NCBI GenBank assembly: GCA_045114615.1
Contig: JBGUKU010000099.1
Span: forward strand, 1,385-65,384
Source of the DNA: Anaerovoracaceae bacterium
GTDB taxonomy: Bacteria; Bacillota; Clostridia; Peptostreptococcales; Anaerovoracaceae
Direction of reading: 5' to 3'
DNA: 64,000 nucleotides
This document shows positions 51,634 through 60,313 of this stretch, piece after piece. Each line of letters begins with the position of its first letter. The first letter of the stretch is position 1. Under the pieces are notes generated by a model. That model ran no database searches, was not told the DNA's origin, and saw only the letters and a list, made by a program, of their open reading frames with translations. A program made the translations under genes and the position numbers.

Positions 51634-52692
51634 CTATGCTCCGACTTTCTTCACCATGAACTCATTGTTATTGCATGAAGAAAGAAGTGTATTCTTGCTG
51701 ATCCGGCCTTTATTGTACAGATCAAGAAGACTTGCATCCATAGTGATCATTCCGTCAGCAGATGCCGCCTGCATAGCCGACTCGAGCTGGTGGAGCTTGC
51801 CTTCTCTTATCATGTTGTGTATGGCCGGAGTTGACTTCATTACCTCGAATACCGGAATCAGGTGCCCGTCAACAGAAGTAATAAGCTGCTGGCATACAAC
51901 ACCCTTGATCAGCTGAGCCAGCTGGCCTCTTACCTGTACCTGCTGATTTGCAGGGAAAACATCCACGATTCTGTTGATCGTGTTTGCCGCGCTTGAGGTG
52001 TGGAGCGTGCTGAAAAGCAGCACCCCTGTTTCAGCTGCAGTAATAGCAGAGGATATCGTATCAAAATCTCTCATCTCTCCGAGAAGAATAACATCCGGAC
52101 TCTCTCTGAGAGCGGATCTCAGAGATTCAAGATAACCCGGAGTATCGATAAAGATCTCCCGCTGGCTGACGATGCTCTTGTTGTGCGAGTGCAGATATTC
52201 AAGAGGATCCTCCATCGTAATAATATGAGCCTCACGGCTCCTGTTGATCCTGTCGATCATGCATGCAAGAGTAGTCGATTTGCCGGAGCCTGCTGCACCT
52301 GTGACCAGTACAAGACCGGTCTTATTATCGGCAAGTGAAAGGACGCTCTCAGGGATCCCGAGAAGCGCCGGATCAGGTACCCCGAATTTGATGACTCTTA
52401 TTACAGCAGCAAGCGAGCCTCTCTGTCTGAACACATTCACTCTGAATCTTCCGAGATCTCTTATCGAAAAAGAAAAATCGTCGTCATTGTTCATGTCCAG
52501 ATTTGTCTTAGCGCGTCGGCCTGTCACATATATCTCATCGATAACCGCATTGATATCATCAGGCTTCATGATGCTGCCGCCATGTCTGTCCTGAGTTCCT
52601 TTAATCTTATAAGTCACAGGGATACCGGCGATGATAAAAATGTCTGATGCACCCTTCTGTATCGCAACCGTCAGTATTTCATTGAGATTCAT
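51634..52692 (-). CDS. pilT: Type IV pilus retraction ATPase PilT family
   Basis: 352 aa. ASDIFIIAG, RFRVNVFRQRG, Walker A GAAGSGKSTT, HIITMEDPLEY, Asp/His boxes LLGEMRD and LFSTLHT, VDVFPANQQVQVR. Confidence 0.85.
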   Translation of the reverse strand: MNLNEILTVAIQKGASDIFIIAGIPVTYKIKGTQDRHGGSIMKPDDINAVIDEIYVTGRRAKTNLDMNNDDDFSFSIRDLGRFRVNVFRQRGSLAAVIRVIKFGVPDPALLGIPESVLSLADNKTGLVLVTGAAGSGKSTTLACMIDRINRSREAHIITMEDPLEYLHSHNKSIVSQREIFIDTPGYLESLRSALRESPDVILLGEMRDFDTISSAITAAETGVLLFSTLHTSSAANTINRIVDVFPANQQVQVRGQLAQLIKGVVCQQLITSVDGHLIPVFEVMKSTPAIHNMIREGKLHQLESAMQAASADGMITMDASLLDLYNKGRISKNTLLSSCNNNEFMVKKVGA

Positions 52693-52729
52693 TATTGTTT
52701 CCTTCTTTCTCTGATGTATGCCTAAGCTG

Positions 52730-53131
52730 TCAGTTGCCCGGCCAGATGCTGTTCATCGGATCGGATGCGTTCCAGATTTTTGTAAGCTTCCATTTTGTAA
52801 CTTCATATCTTCCGGATCCATCCTGACGTGTCACAGCGACTTCAAGTCTGTAACCGCCATCTTCAGCAGTGAATTCGTATCCGTTTCCGGTCTGTGTTAC
52901 ACCGTTCATATGATCAGCCGGGTCTGAAACATCGGCTGATTCCACATAGCTCAGGAACTCTTCGCCCTGAGCTTCGAGCCCGTATCTGATCTGTGTTATA
53001 TCTGCAAATCTCTTTGCCATGGTCACATCTGCATTCGATGTGGCTACAGTGAGTACTGCCAGCGTTGTGATAACCATTGTGACTATCACCAGAAAGATGG
53101 CGATCGGACCGAGTCTGGTCTTATGAGTCAT
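52730..53131 (-). CDS. Small N-terminally anchored protein, pilin/pseudopilin-like (non-canonical)
   Basis: 133 aa. MTHKTRLGPIAIFLVIVTMVITTLAVL hydrophobic N-terminus followed by a beta-rich domain. ATGA overlap with the upstream gene. No canonical G-FTLxE motif. Confidence 0.45.
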   Translation of the reverse strand: MTHKTRLGPIAIFLVIVTMVITTLAVLTVATSNADVTMAKRFADITQIRYGLEAQGEEFLSYVESADVSDPADHMNGVTQTGNGYEFTAEDGGYRLEVAVTRQDGSGRYEVTKWKLTKIWNASDPMNSIWPGN

Positions 53132-53595
53132 GATCCCACCTCCTCTGCAGTAAAGTGGCTTCCGGTACTGAGATCGTATATCTTTCCCTCAAGCTGTCCC
53201 GGAACGCAGTAGTACACTTCGATGTTATCTTTTGTATATACTCCGGAAGCTCTCTCCTCTTCGGTCCTGTGAAGGACTGCACAGAAGTCTTTGCCTGCCG
53301 GATTGCCGTCCGTATCGAACACGATGTCGACCGAGCCGCCGGAAACATTTGCCTCGGCTGACTGCACATTGTCCATGGCTTTGATTTTTTCTGCAAGGAG
53401 AGACAGATCGTGCTCCGATGATGCCGCCTCAGCTGTGCTCTGGGCCATCATAACAGCCTGAGTCAGGTGTCTGGCTTCAATGGTCCTGGCCCTGCTCATC
53501 ACAAATACCTGAGTGATCATAACGATCACCAGTATCAGCAGTATGAAGAGCCCCAGGAGCTCCACTGTAAACGCAATGCTTTTCTTATTGTTCAT
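53128..53595 (-). CDS. Pilin-like protein with a near-canonical class-III leader (KKSIAFTVELLG)
   Basis: 155 aa. The N-terminus MNNKKSIAFTVELLGLFILLILV resembles prepilin KKGFTLIELLV, but with Ala for Gly and one residue missing before the Glu. Confidence 0.5.
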   Translation of the reverse strand: MNNKKSIAFTVELLGLFILLILVIVMITQVFVMSRARTIEARHLTQAVMMAQSTAEAASSEHDLSLLAEKIKAMDNVQSAEANVSGGSVDIVFDTDGNPAGKDFCAVLHRTEEERASGVYTKDNIEVYYCVPGQLEGKIYDLSTGSHFTAEEVGS

Positions 53596-53598
53596 CTC

Positions 53599-54042
53599 TT
53601 ATCTCTTTGTATTGACTACAGAAACACCTTCATCTGTTGCTACTGACAAAAGCCCGTCATCTCCGAGTTCAGGAACAAATGTATTTGTAGTGCCTATCTC
53701 GAGAGCAGTTTCGGGATCAAGCGGGATCCCTGCTTCAACATACTCTTCCATGAGTTTGCCTTCTATCATGAATATCCGGTGCTCATACCCGTCGCTGCTC
53801 CTGATTACCAGGCATTCCGTTCCGGATATGTTTTCGACCGCAACTTCACTGGTATTGCTGTCTTTGACACAATTGACCACATAAGAGCCGACAGCCCTGG
53901 TGTTGCTGTTCATGTTCTGTACTTCCGAAGCATGCTGATATCCTCTTGCAGCAAACACTACAAGACTTAGGATGACCACGAACAGGACTGTCACCGTAAT
54001 AGTCGATATTATGTCTCCTATGCCTCTTTTGCTTTCAAGCAT
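53599..54042 (-). CDS. Small N-terminally anchored protein, pilin/pseudopilin-like (non-canonical)
   Basis: 147 aa. MLESKRGIGDIISTITVTVLFVVILSLVV N-terminus. Sits within the type-IV-filament gene block. Confidence 0.45.
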   Translation of the reverse strand: MLESKRGIGDIISTITVTVLFVVILSLVVFAARGYQHASEVQNMNSNTRAVGSYVVNCVKDSNTSEVAVENISGTECLVIRSSDGYEHRIFMIEGKLMEEYVEAGIPLDPETALEIGTTNTFVPELGDDGLLSVATDEGVSVVNTKR

Positions 54043-54043
54043 T

Positions 54044-54361
54044 TTACTTGTCCTTTTTGTATATCACTTTGACTTCAGGAGGAAGATTCTCTGCATAAGG
54101 AATATATACGATCTTATAATCCTCCATGTTTACTGCCAGTCCGTAATTATCCACCAGATAGTCGAGGCTTTCAGGATATGCGCCTTCGATAACGTAACAC
54201 TGAAGCGCACGCCTTGATACGGTATCTTTGATAGCCTCTGCCTGCTCCTCAAAGCTGTCTTCTGCAGCCTTTCCGGCCCATACGAAGACGGCTGCGATCA
54301 GTATGACCGCAGTAATGACGACCGTCACTATCAATCTTCTGTAGTGGTTACTTCTTTCCAT
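54044..54361 (-). CDS. Small single-TM protein of the filament gene block
   Basis: 105 aa. RRLIVTVVITAVILIAAVFVWAG TM segment followed by a ~70-aa soluble domain. 1-nt gap to the next gene. Confidence 0.45.
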   Translation of the reverse strand: MERSNHYRRLIVTVVITAVILIAAVFVWAGKAAEDSFEEQAEAIKDTVSRRALQCYVIEGAYPESLDYLVDNYGLAVNMEDYKIVYIPYAENLPPEVKVIYKKDK

Positions 54362-54385
54362 GCCGGAGCTACTCTAATGAAACGT

Positions 54386-55450
54386 TTATCCGATGGAGTT
54401 CATGATACCGATCAGCGGCACCATAAGGCTGATGAGCATGATTCCGATGAATATCATCAGAACACCTGTGAGAAGAGGTTCGACAGTATTGGCAATACGG
54501 CCTATGCTCTTTTCGATGCTTACCTTGAGATTTGATAGTATCTTCTGCATGATAGCATCGAGCATACCGCTCCGCTCAGCAGGTATCAGCATTCTGTTGT
54601 TTGTCTGATCGTAGAGATGTTCTTCGTAAGCGGTCTGCGAGAAGCTCATACCGCCATCCATCTTCTCTTTGCAGCGCTGCAGCAATGACCTGAGCGCTTC
54701 GGTCTGCACTACAGGCATGCTCTTTACCAAAGCCTCATCCTGGTGCTCTCCGCTTGAGAGGAACATATCAAAACAGGACGTGAATCTGTAAAGATCCATG
54801 CTGCTGAAAAGATCTCTGAATGCAGAGAATTTTGACAGGAAGTTCCTGACTGTATCCTTCTTGCCGCCCCTCCACATCGCGATCCCGGCAACCATTGCTG
54901 CAAGAAGCACGATCATAATACCCAGCATCACTTTCGTCAGAGTGAACGACACATTGATATACCCGTAGGAAGAGGCTGACAGACTTCCGGCAAGATTCTC
55001 ATACACGCCATAAAACGCCGGGAATACAAGGGCCAGCATAACTACAAGTACCGCTATTACCATAAGCAGAAGGATAACCGGATATCTCACAGCTGATACC
55101 AGTGTTGTCTTCATGCTGTTTTCAGTCCGGTAATAGTCCGCAAGATGGAACAGCGTACTCTCGAGCTTTCCGGTGTATTCTGAGGTGCTGATCATGTCTA
55201 CGGAATAGTCAGGAAAAGCTCCGGTATCCCTCATGGCATCACCGAAAGGCTTGCCCATATAAAGATCATCTGCCATTGTATCAAAGGCGTTTTTCATTGC
55301 CTGCTCTGATGACGGAGTCTCCTCTTTGAGAAGCGACATTGCTTCACTTACCGAAATGCCGGATTTGACCATCATTCCCATGTTTTCGAAGAACGATGTG
55401 AGCTCGGTATAGTTCAGCATCCTGGAATCCGCTTTTTTCTCAGAACTCAT
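54386..55450 (-). CDS. Type II secretion / type IV pilus platform protein (GspF/PilC family)
   Basis: 354 aa. Two T2SSF-like repeats (FFENMGMMVKSGISVSEAMSLL...GKPFGDAM...STSEYTGKLE...YP) and three TM segments. AAAGGAG RBS. Confidence 0.8.
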   Translation of the reverse strand: MSSEKKADSRMLNYTELTSFFENMGMMVKSGISVSEAMSLLKEETPSSEQAMKNAFDTMADDLYMGKPFGDAMRDTGAFPDYSVDMISTSEYTGKLESTLFHLADYYRTENSMKTTLVSAVRYPVILLLMVIAVLVVMLALVFPAFYGVYENLAGSLSASSYGYINVSFTLTKVMLGIMIVLLAAMVAGIAMWRGGKKDTVRNFLSKFSAFRDLFSSMDLYRFTSCFDMFLSSGEHQDEALVKSMPVVQTEALRSLLQRCKEKMDGGMSFSQTAYEEHLYDQTNNRMLIPAERSGMLDAIMQKILSNLKVSIEKSIGRIANTVEPLLTGVLMIFIGIMLISLMVPLIGIMNSIG

Positions 55451-55483
55451 TAGTCTAAGCTCCTTTCACTTATATATGCATTT

Positions 55484-56440
55484 TCAATACTGGAATACGT
55501 CCATGTAATTGGAACCGTCGCCAATGAACTGACTGTCAGATCCATTGGCAGAAAAAGTGAGGTCGAGGCGGTTCCATTCACCTTCGTGAACCTCGAATTC
55601 AACGGCAACCCATCCCGTCTCCTCTGTGTAGTACATGTTCCACGCATGATAGAGATCACCGCTTTCACCTACATATCCGAATATAATTTTTGTCGGTATG
55701 CCATGGCTCCTCAGCATTGCCGCTGCAAGCGATGCATAGTCAATACAAATACCCTTGCCTGTCTCCATGGTCTCATCGGGATCCGGGATATAACCTGACT
55801 GTACAGTCTCTGCCTTCTTCTTATCGTATTTGACACTTTTGCAAACGAAGTTGAAGACGTTTGTGATGAAATCGTTAGCGTCTGTCGCCTGCGCAGCGAG
55901 TTCATCCGCCTTGAGCACGCAGGAGGACTCATCAGTATAATCTGCGTACTGACTCGGTCTGAGGAAAGGATCGAATTCATCCTCCAGTTCCACATATACC
56001 GATGTAGCGTAAAGTTCGCTGTACTTGGTATCGACTATGTTCTTCATGACCTTGATCGTATATGAGCCGTCTCCAAGCTGGAACGGATAGATCTGGTCTT
56101 TCCCGGTTACAACATCGTAGGTGTAAACCTCATCATCCTTGAATACCTGGACTTTGATTTTTTTATCCGACACACAGTGTATGCCGAAAAAGCCTTTGCT
56201 GCTCCTTGAGGTGTCTACCAGAACTTCGTCATTGCCATAAGCTTCATCTTCGTGGAACTGTGCACCTCTGAATTTAGGCACCTCGTATCTTTCGACAGTT
56301 TCATCGGCCTGAGCCCCGGTCTCTGCAGCCGCTCCGCCTGCCGCTTCACTGCTGCCGCATGCCGGAAAACACGCAAAAACGGAAGAAATCAGAAGACAGA
56401 TGATAAGATATTTGGCTTTCTTTTTCATCTTATGCCGCAC
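55484..56440 (-). CDS. Transglutaminase-like cysteine-protease-fold lipoprotein
   Basis: 318 aa. GTG start 6 nt after GGAGGA. Lipobox FPAC-G. Core motif GKGICIDYASLAAAMLRSHGIP...HAWNMYY (Cys/His of the transglutaminase core). Confidence 0.75.
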   Translation of the reverse strand: MRHKMKKKAKYLIICLLISSVFACFPACGSSEAAGGAAAETGAQADETVERYEVPKFRGAQFHEDEAYGNDEVLVDTSRSSKGFFGIHCVSDKKIKVQVFKDDEVYTYDVVTGKDQIYPFQLGDGSYTIKVMKNIVDTKYSELYATSVYVELEDEFDPFLRPSQYADYTDESSCVLKADELAAQATDANDFITNVFNFVCKSVKYDKKKAETVQSGYIPDPDETMETGKGICIDYASLAAAMLRSHGIPTKIIFGYVGESGDLYHAWNMYYTEETGWVAVEFEVHEGEWNRLDLTFSANGSDSQFIGDGSNYMDVFQY

Positions 56441-56476
56441 TTCATTCCTCCATTCAGTAATTAATATAGCTCTTTA

Positions 56477-56506
56477 ATTTTAACAATTACTGCCTTATAT
56501 TGTAAA
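56477..56506 (-). promoter_or_regulatory. Putative sigma-A promoter heading the 18-gene co-directional array
   Basis: On the minus strand: TTTACA (56506-56501), 18-nt spacer, TAAAAT (56482-56477), ~37 nt upstream of GTG 56440 and just after the glgA terminator. Confidence 0.45.
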
Positions 56507-56540
56507 TAGAGTTCGTCATTTTATCCGTCATTAAACAATA

Positions 56541-56572
56541 AAAGAGACTCAACAAATGAGTCTCTTTATTGA
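56541..56572 (-). terminator. Rho-independent terminator after glgA
   Basis: AAAGAGACTC-aacaaat-GAGTCTCTTT with flanking A/T runs, 26 nt downstream of the glgA stop. Confidence 0.75.
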
Positions 56573-56597
56573 TTGTTCTGAATTTTCCGGGATATCT

Positions 56598-58109
56598 TTA
56601 CGGTCTCAGTTCAAGATACAGATCTCTGTATCTCCATGCTGACGCCTCCCATGAAACATCTTTCGCCATGTTTCTCTGCACCATCTCATCCCAGTGCCAG
56701 CGATCAGTGAAGTACAGTGTCTTGGCGCGGTTGATGGCATCATAGAGCAATCCGGCTTCATATCTGTCAAAGGTGAAGCCATTACCCTGCTGTGTGAACA
56801 GGTTGTAAGGCTCTACTGTATCTTTCAGTCCGCCCGTCTCGCGCACAACAGGAACTGTACCGTAACGCATTGCTATCAGCTGTGTAAGTCCGCATGGCTC
56901 AAACAGCGATGGTACCAGCAGAGCATCTGCTCCCGCATAGATTCTGTGCGCTCTTCCTTCATCGTACATAATGCATGAGCATACGCTGCCCTTGAACCAG
57001 TTCTCAAAGTTGCGGAACGATTCCTCATAGAGGGCATCGCCCGTACCGAGCACTGCTATCTGTGTATTGCCGTCGATGAGCCCAGGAAGGATCTCATTGA
57101 CCAGATCGAGTCCTTTCTGATTCGTCAGGCGCGAGATAAGACCTATAACAAACTTGCTGTCATCGACCTCAAGTCCGAGTTCCTCCTGCAGAGCGCGCTT
57201 GTTCTGTCTCTTTTTCTCCAGAACTTCCGTGATATCGTAAGGCTCGGCGATTCTTGTGTCTGCCTTAGGATCCCACTGTACAACATCTATGCCGTTAACA
57301 ATGCCGCGGAGCTTTCCGGAATGATGGCGTATATGTGCATCCAGACCATCACCAAAGAACGGCGTCTGGATCTCTCCTGCGTAAGTTTCGCTGACTGTAG
57401 TAATAGCATCTGCATAAGCAAGTCCCGCTTTTAACATATTTGCGTCTTCATAACCTGTCTTGAACACATCGATGTTGAAGACTTCATCAGGAAGATTTGT
57501 CCAGTAGCGGATAGTAGAAATATTGTACACGCCCTGGAAGCGCAGATTATGAATAGTCAGAACTGTCTTTGCATCTCTGATGGCTGTTTCCGCAAACTGA
57601 GTGCGCAGCATAACCGGTACAAGGCTTGCCTGCCAGTCATGGCAGTGGATGATATCCGGGATCCAGTCCATGTAATTCAGTGCAGCAAGAGCTGCTTTGC
57701 AGAAGTAGCAGTACTTCGGAATGTCATCAACAAGGTTGAGGTAAGGGTTGCCGCTGCTGAAGAACTCATCGTTATCGATGAAGTCATATACAACGCCGTC
57801 ATGCACATATTCCATGATGCCTACGTAATATGATTTTCCGTCTGCACACAGATCCATGTCAAATGAGCCGCGGTATACCATCTTCTCCTGATATTCCCAA
57901 GGGATGCAGTGATAGCGCGGAATGATGACCTTGACGTCACAATTGAGCGCAGCCAGTGCCTTAGGCAGAGCATACATTACATCGCCGAGTCCTCCGGTCT
58001 TTACGAACGGATAGCACTCGGAACCGATGAAGACGATACTTCTTCTCGGCTGTGGAAGTGCTGTCTCTGCTGCCATATTTTCAGTATTCATTGTTTCTTC
58101 GTTTGCCAT
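56598..58109 (-). CDS. glgA: Glycogen (starch) synthase
   Basis: 503 aa. SECYPFVKTGGLGDV (KTGGL motif), HCHDWQ and the C-terminal GT5 motifs PSLFEPCGLTQL. AGGAGAA RBS. Confidence 0.9.
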   Translation of the reverse strand: MANEETMNTENMAAETALPQPRRSIVFIGSECYPFVKTGGLGDVMYALPKALAALNCDVKVIIPRYHCIPWEYQEKMVYRGSFDMDLCADGKSYYVGIMEYVHDGVVYDFIDNDEFFSSGNPYLNLVDDIPKYCYFCKAALAALNYMDWIPDIIHCHDWQASLVPVMLRTQFAETAIRDAKTVLTIHNLRFQGVYNISTIRYWTNLPDEVFNIDVFKTGYEDANMLKAGLAYADAITTVSETYAGEIQTPFFGDGLDAHIRHHSGKLRGIVNGIDVVQWDPKADTRIAEPYDITEVLEKKRQNKRALQEELGLEVDDSKFVIGLISRLTNQKGLDLVNEILPGLIDGNTQIAVLGTGDALYEESFRNFENWFKGSVCSCIMYDEGRAHRIYAGADALLVPSLFEPCGLTQLIAMRYGTVPVVRETGGLKDTVEPYNLFTQQGNGFTFDRYEAGLLYDAINRAKTLYFTDRWHWDEMVQRNMAKDVSWEASAWRYRDLYLELRP

Positions 58110-58132
58110 TTTTATTCTCCTGTATCTCCCCG

Positions 58133-59707
58133 TTAACGGAAGCTCTTCACCCAGTTCAGTAAAGAATCTCTGTAAACGTTTTCTCTGACTTCTCTTTTCA
58201 TCCGGTCAGTCAGAGGCCCGTTGGCAGAAAGTTTAGCAAGTATCTCAGCCTGAAGTTCTTCTATGCTCATCTCCTCATAGCTCTTTCCTGCTTCAGCCCT
58301 CTGAGGCATTTCATCAGTGCTTTCTTCAGGCTCATTTCTGTCCATCATCTTTTCCGGACTGTGCTTCAGCGGTTCGTAGTGATTCCTCTCATAATTCGGG
58401 ATCCATATTTCAGCGCTGTTGCCTTCCAGGCTGAACCTAAGTCTGCCATGATCAGAAGAGATCTCTCTTCCGTGAAGTGCACCGGTATATGACCCGTCAA
58501 GCCCCAGATCGAAGCTTTCTTCTCTGTCACTGTTAGTGACTGTTACAAGTATATCACCACGCATGAACGCGTATTTTGTAGTAGTCAGATCTGCCTCACG
58601 GTATTCTCCGTACCACAGAGCGGACTCCTTATTGTATATGTTACCAAGCGCACTGATGATATGTAAAGGGTTATTATCCTGTGATGAAAGCTCCCTCAGT
58701 GAAAGCGCCGGGCGAAGCGATGCGTCTGACCCTCTTTCTTTTCTTCCTTCAATACCGAACTCCGAGCCGTAGTAAACGGACGGAATACCCGGAAGAGTGT
58801 ATAAAAGCACATGAACAGGCAGGAAATGCCTCTTGTCACGCAGCTTTGTCATAATGCGTTCGACATCATGATTGTCTACGAAATCATACAGATGCACGTT
58901 GTCTCCGAGTCCCATATCTCTCTGGCGCTTAACAGTATGCGCTATTTCAAAATAGTTATGATCGTTATGAGCACTGTAAAGAGCTTTGTGCAGAGCATAA
59001 TTTGTCACAGAGTGCAAGGTATTGTCATTTACCCAGCGACCGTAATCTCCGTGAATAACCTCACCCATCAGCCAGAAATCATCCTTCAGACCATCAGTGA
59101 TGCTTCTGAGCTCACGCATGAATCCATGCTCGAGCACATCTGCAGCATCAAGGCGAATGCCGTCGATATCAAATTCAGACACCCAGAAACGCACAGTGTC
59201 AAAATGATACTGTCTTACCTCCGGGTCATACAGGTTGAGCTTTGGGAGCAGATTGTGGCCACCCCAGTTTTCATAGGAAAAGCCATCGTTATACTCGTTA
59301 TTTCCCCAGAAGTTTACGTTGCAGTACCAGTTTCTGTACCTGCTGTTCTCACGGTTTTCCTTCAGATCGCGGAAGGCAAAGAACCCCCTTCCCGTGTGAT
59401 TGAACACGCCGTCCAGGATCACATGTATGCCATTCTCATGGCAGTATCTCACCAGCTCCTTAAGGTCTTCATTATCTCCAAGTCTCTCATCAAGACGGCG
59501 ATAGTCTTCAGTATCGTATCCATGGGATCCTGATGAGAAGCACGGGCCGAAATACAGCGCAGTAAAACCGCACGCCTTCATATGATCGACCCACTCCTTA
59601 AGTTCAGGAAGTCTGTGTACCGTCTGACTGTGATCATTCAGTTCAGGCGCCCCAAGCAGACCTAACGGATATATATGATAAAAAACAGCCTCTTCATACC
59701 AAGCCAT
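58133..59707 (-). CDS. GH13 alpha-amylase-family enzyme with a ~75-aa helical/acidic C-terminal extension
   Basis: Start refined to ATG 59707 (AAAGGAGAA RBS). GH13 regions DGVFNHTG, GIRLDAADV, MGEVIH and FVDNHDV are present. No signal peptide. Confidence 0.85.
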   Translation of the reverse strand: MAWYEEAVFYHIYPLGLLGAPELNDHSQTVHRLPELKEWVDHMKACGFTALYFGPCFSSGSHGYDTEDYRRLDERLGDNEDLKELVRYCHENGIHVILDGVFNHTGRGFFAFRDLKENRENSRYRNWYCNVNFWGNNEYNDGFSYENWGGHNLLPKLNLYDPEVRQYHFDTVRFWVSEFDIDGIRLDAADVLEHGFMRELRSITDGLKDDFWLMGEVIHGDYGRWVNDNTLHSVTNYALHKALYSAHNDHNYFEIAHTVKRQRDMGLGDNVHLYDFVDNHDVERIMTKLRDKRHFLPVHVLLYTLPGIPSVYYGSEFGIEGRKERGSDASLRPALSLRELSSQDNNPLHIISALGNIYNKESALWYGEYREADLTTTKYAFMRGDILVTVTNSDREESFDLGLDGSYTGALHGREISSDHGRLRFSLEGNSAEIWIPNYERNHYEPLKHSPEKMMDRNEPEESTDEMPQRAEAGKSYEEMSIEELQAEILAKLSANGPLTDRMKREVRENVYRDSLLNWVKSFR

Positions 59708-59787
59708 TTGTCTTTCTCCTTTCTCTGCAGCATAATACTCCAAAAAAAAGAAAATTCAACCTTTTTATCATTATTGATAAAACAATT

Positions 59788-59814
59788 ATGCCGGAGCAGC
59801 AAGTGCTCCGGCAT
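59788..59814 (-). terminator. Hairpin terminator downstream of the decayed HTH/SOR gene
   Basis: ATGCCGGAGCA-gcaag-TGCTCCGGCAT, 12 nt after the stop codon of the out-of-frame C-terminal fragment, followed on the minus strand by AATTGTTTTAT. Confidence 0.55.
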
Positions 59815-59826
59815 GTATGATTCCGA

Positions 59827-60245
59827 TCAGATTTTCATCTGAAACAGTCCGTGTCTGTTACAGTATGCATACAGTTTTCTGATCCGGTTGATCTTGAAAC
59901 GCGCCTCTGCCGGCCCTTCCGGATACAGCTTAATCAGCTGACTACGATCTCTCCGGTCGACTGTATCACATTCCCGCAGACCGGACAGACATAGAACTTC
60001 GATCTGGCCATGTTTGACGACCTGTTCAGGTTTTTTACATCTTCGCCTGACAGCAGTTCTATCACGGAAATATCAAGTGCATTTGCGAGAGGCTCAAGCA
60101 GGCTTATATCAGGGAATCCCTGTCCTGTCTCCCACTTGCTCACTGCCTTGCTGCTGACAAATATCTTCTCTGCCAGCTCTTCCTGCGTCATCCTTTTGTT
60201 TTCACGGAGCTTTCGTATCACTGCTCCTGTAACATATCTGTCCAT
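59827..60245 (-). pseudogene. Decayed XRE-HTH / rubredoxin-like / superoxide-reductase-type fusion gene (internal deletion plus frameshift)
   Basis: ORF 59934-60245 (ATG 60245 after GGGAGG) encodes an XRE HTH (RKLRENKRMTQEELAEKIFVSSKAVSKWETG) and starts a Cys motif (FYVCPVCGNVI), then stops. A different frame at 59827-59940 encodes QLIKLYPEGPAEARFKINRIRKLYAYCNRHGLFQMKI*. This carries the C-N-x-H-G-L motif found at the C-terminus of superoxide reductases/desulfoferrodoxins. Confidence 0.55.
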
Positions 60246-60313
60246 ATCTTTCGCCTCCCTGTGAAACAAATCTATCACAGAGGCTCTGATGGCACTACCC
60301 ACGCATCGTGGAC

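Noticed and set aside
51634-55450. Interpretation as a comG-type competence pseudopilus operon
   Set aside because: The gene order is wrong for comG (ATPase last, not first). The ATPase has PilT-type motifs rather than ComGA/PilB-type N-terminal domains. The small proteins lack the canonical prepilin leader. I keep this only as an alternative to be tested.
58811-59533. 240-aa plus-strand ORF
   Set aside because: It lies entirely antisense to the GH13 gene, which carries all four GH13 signature regions. It has no RBS or motifs. It is a shadow ORF.
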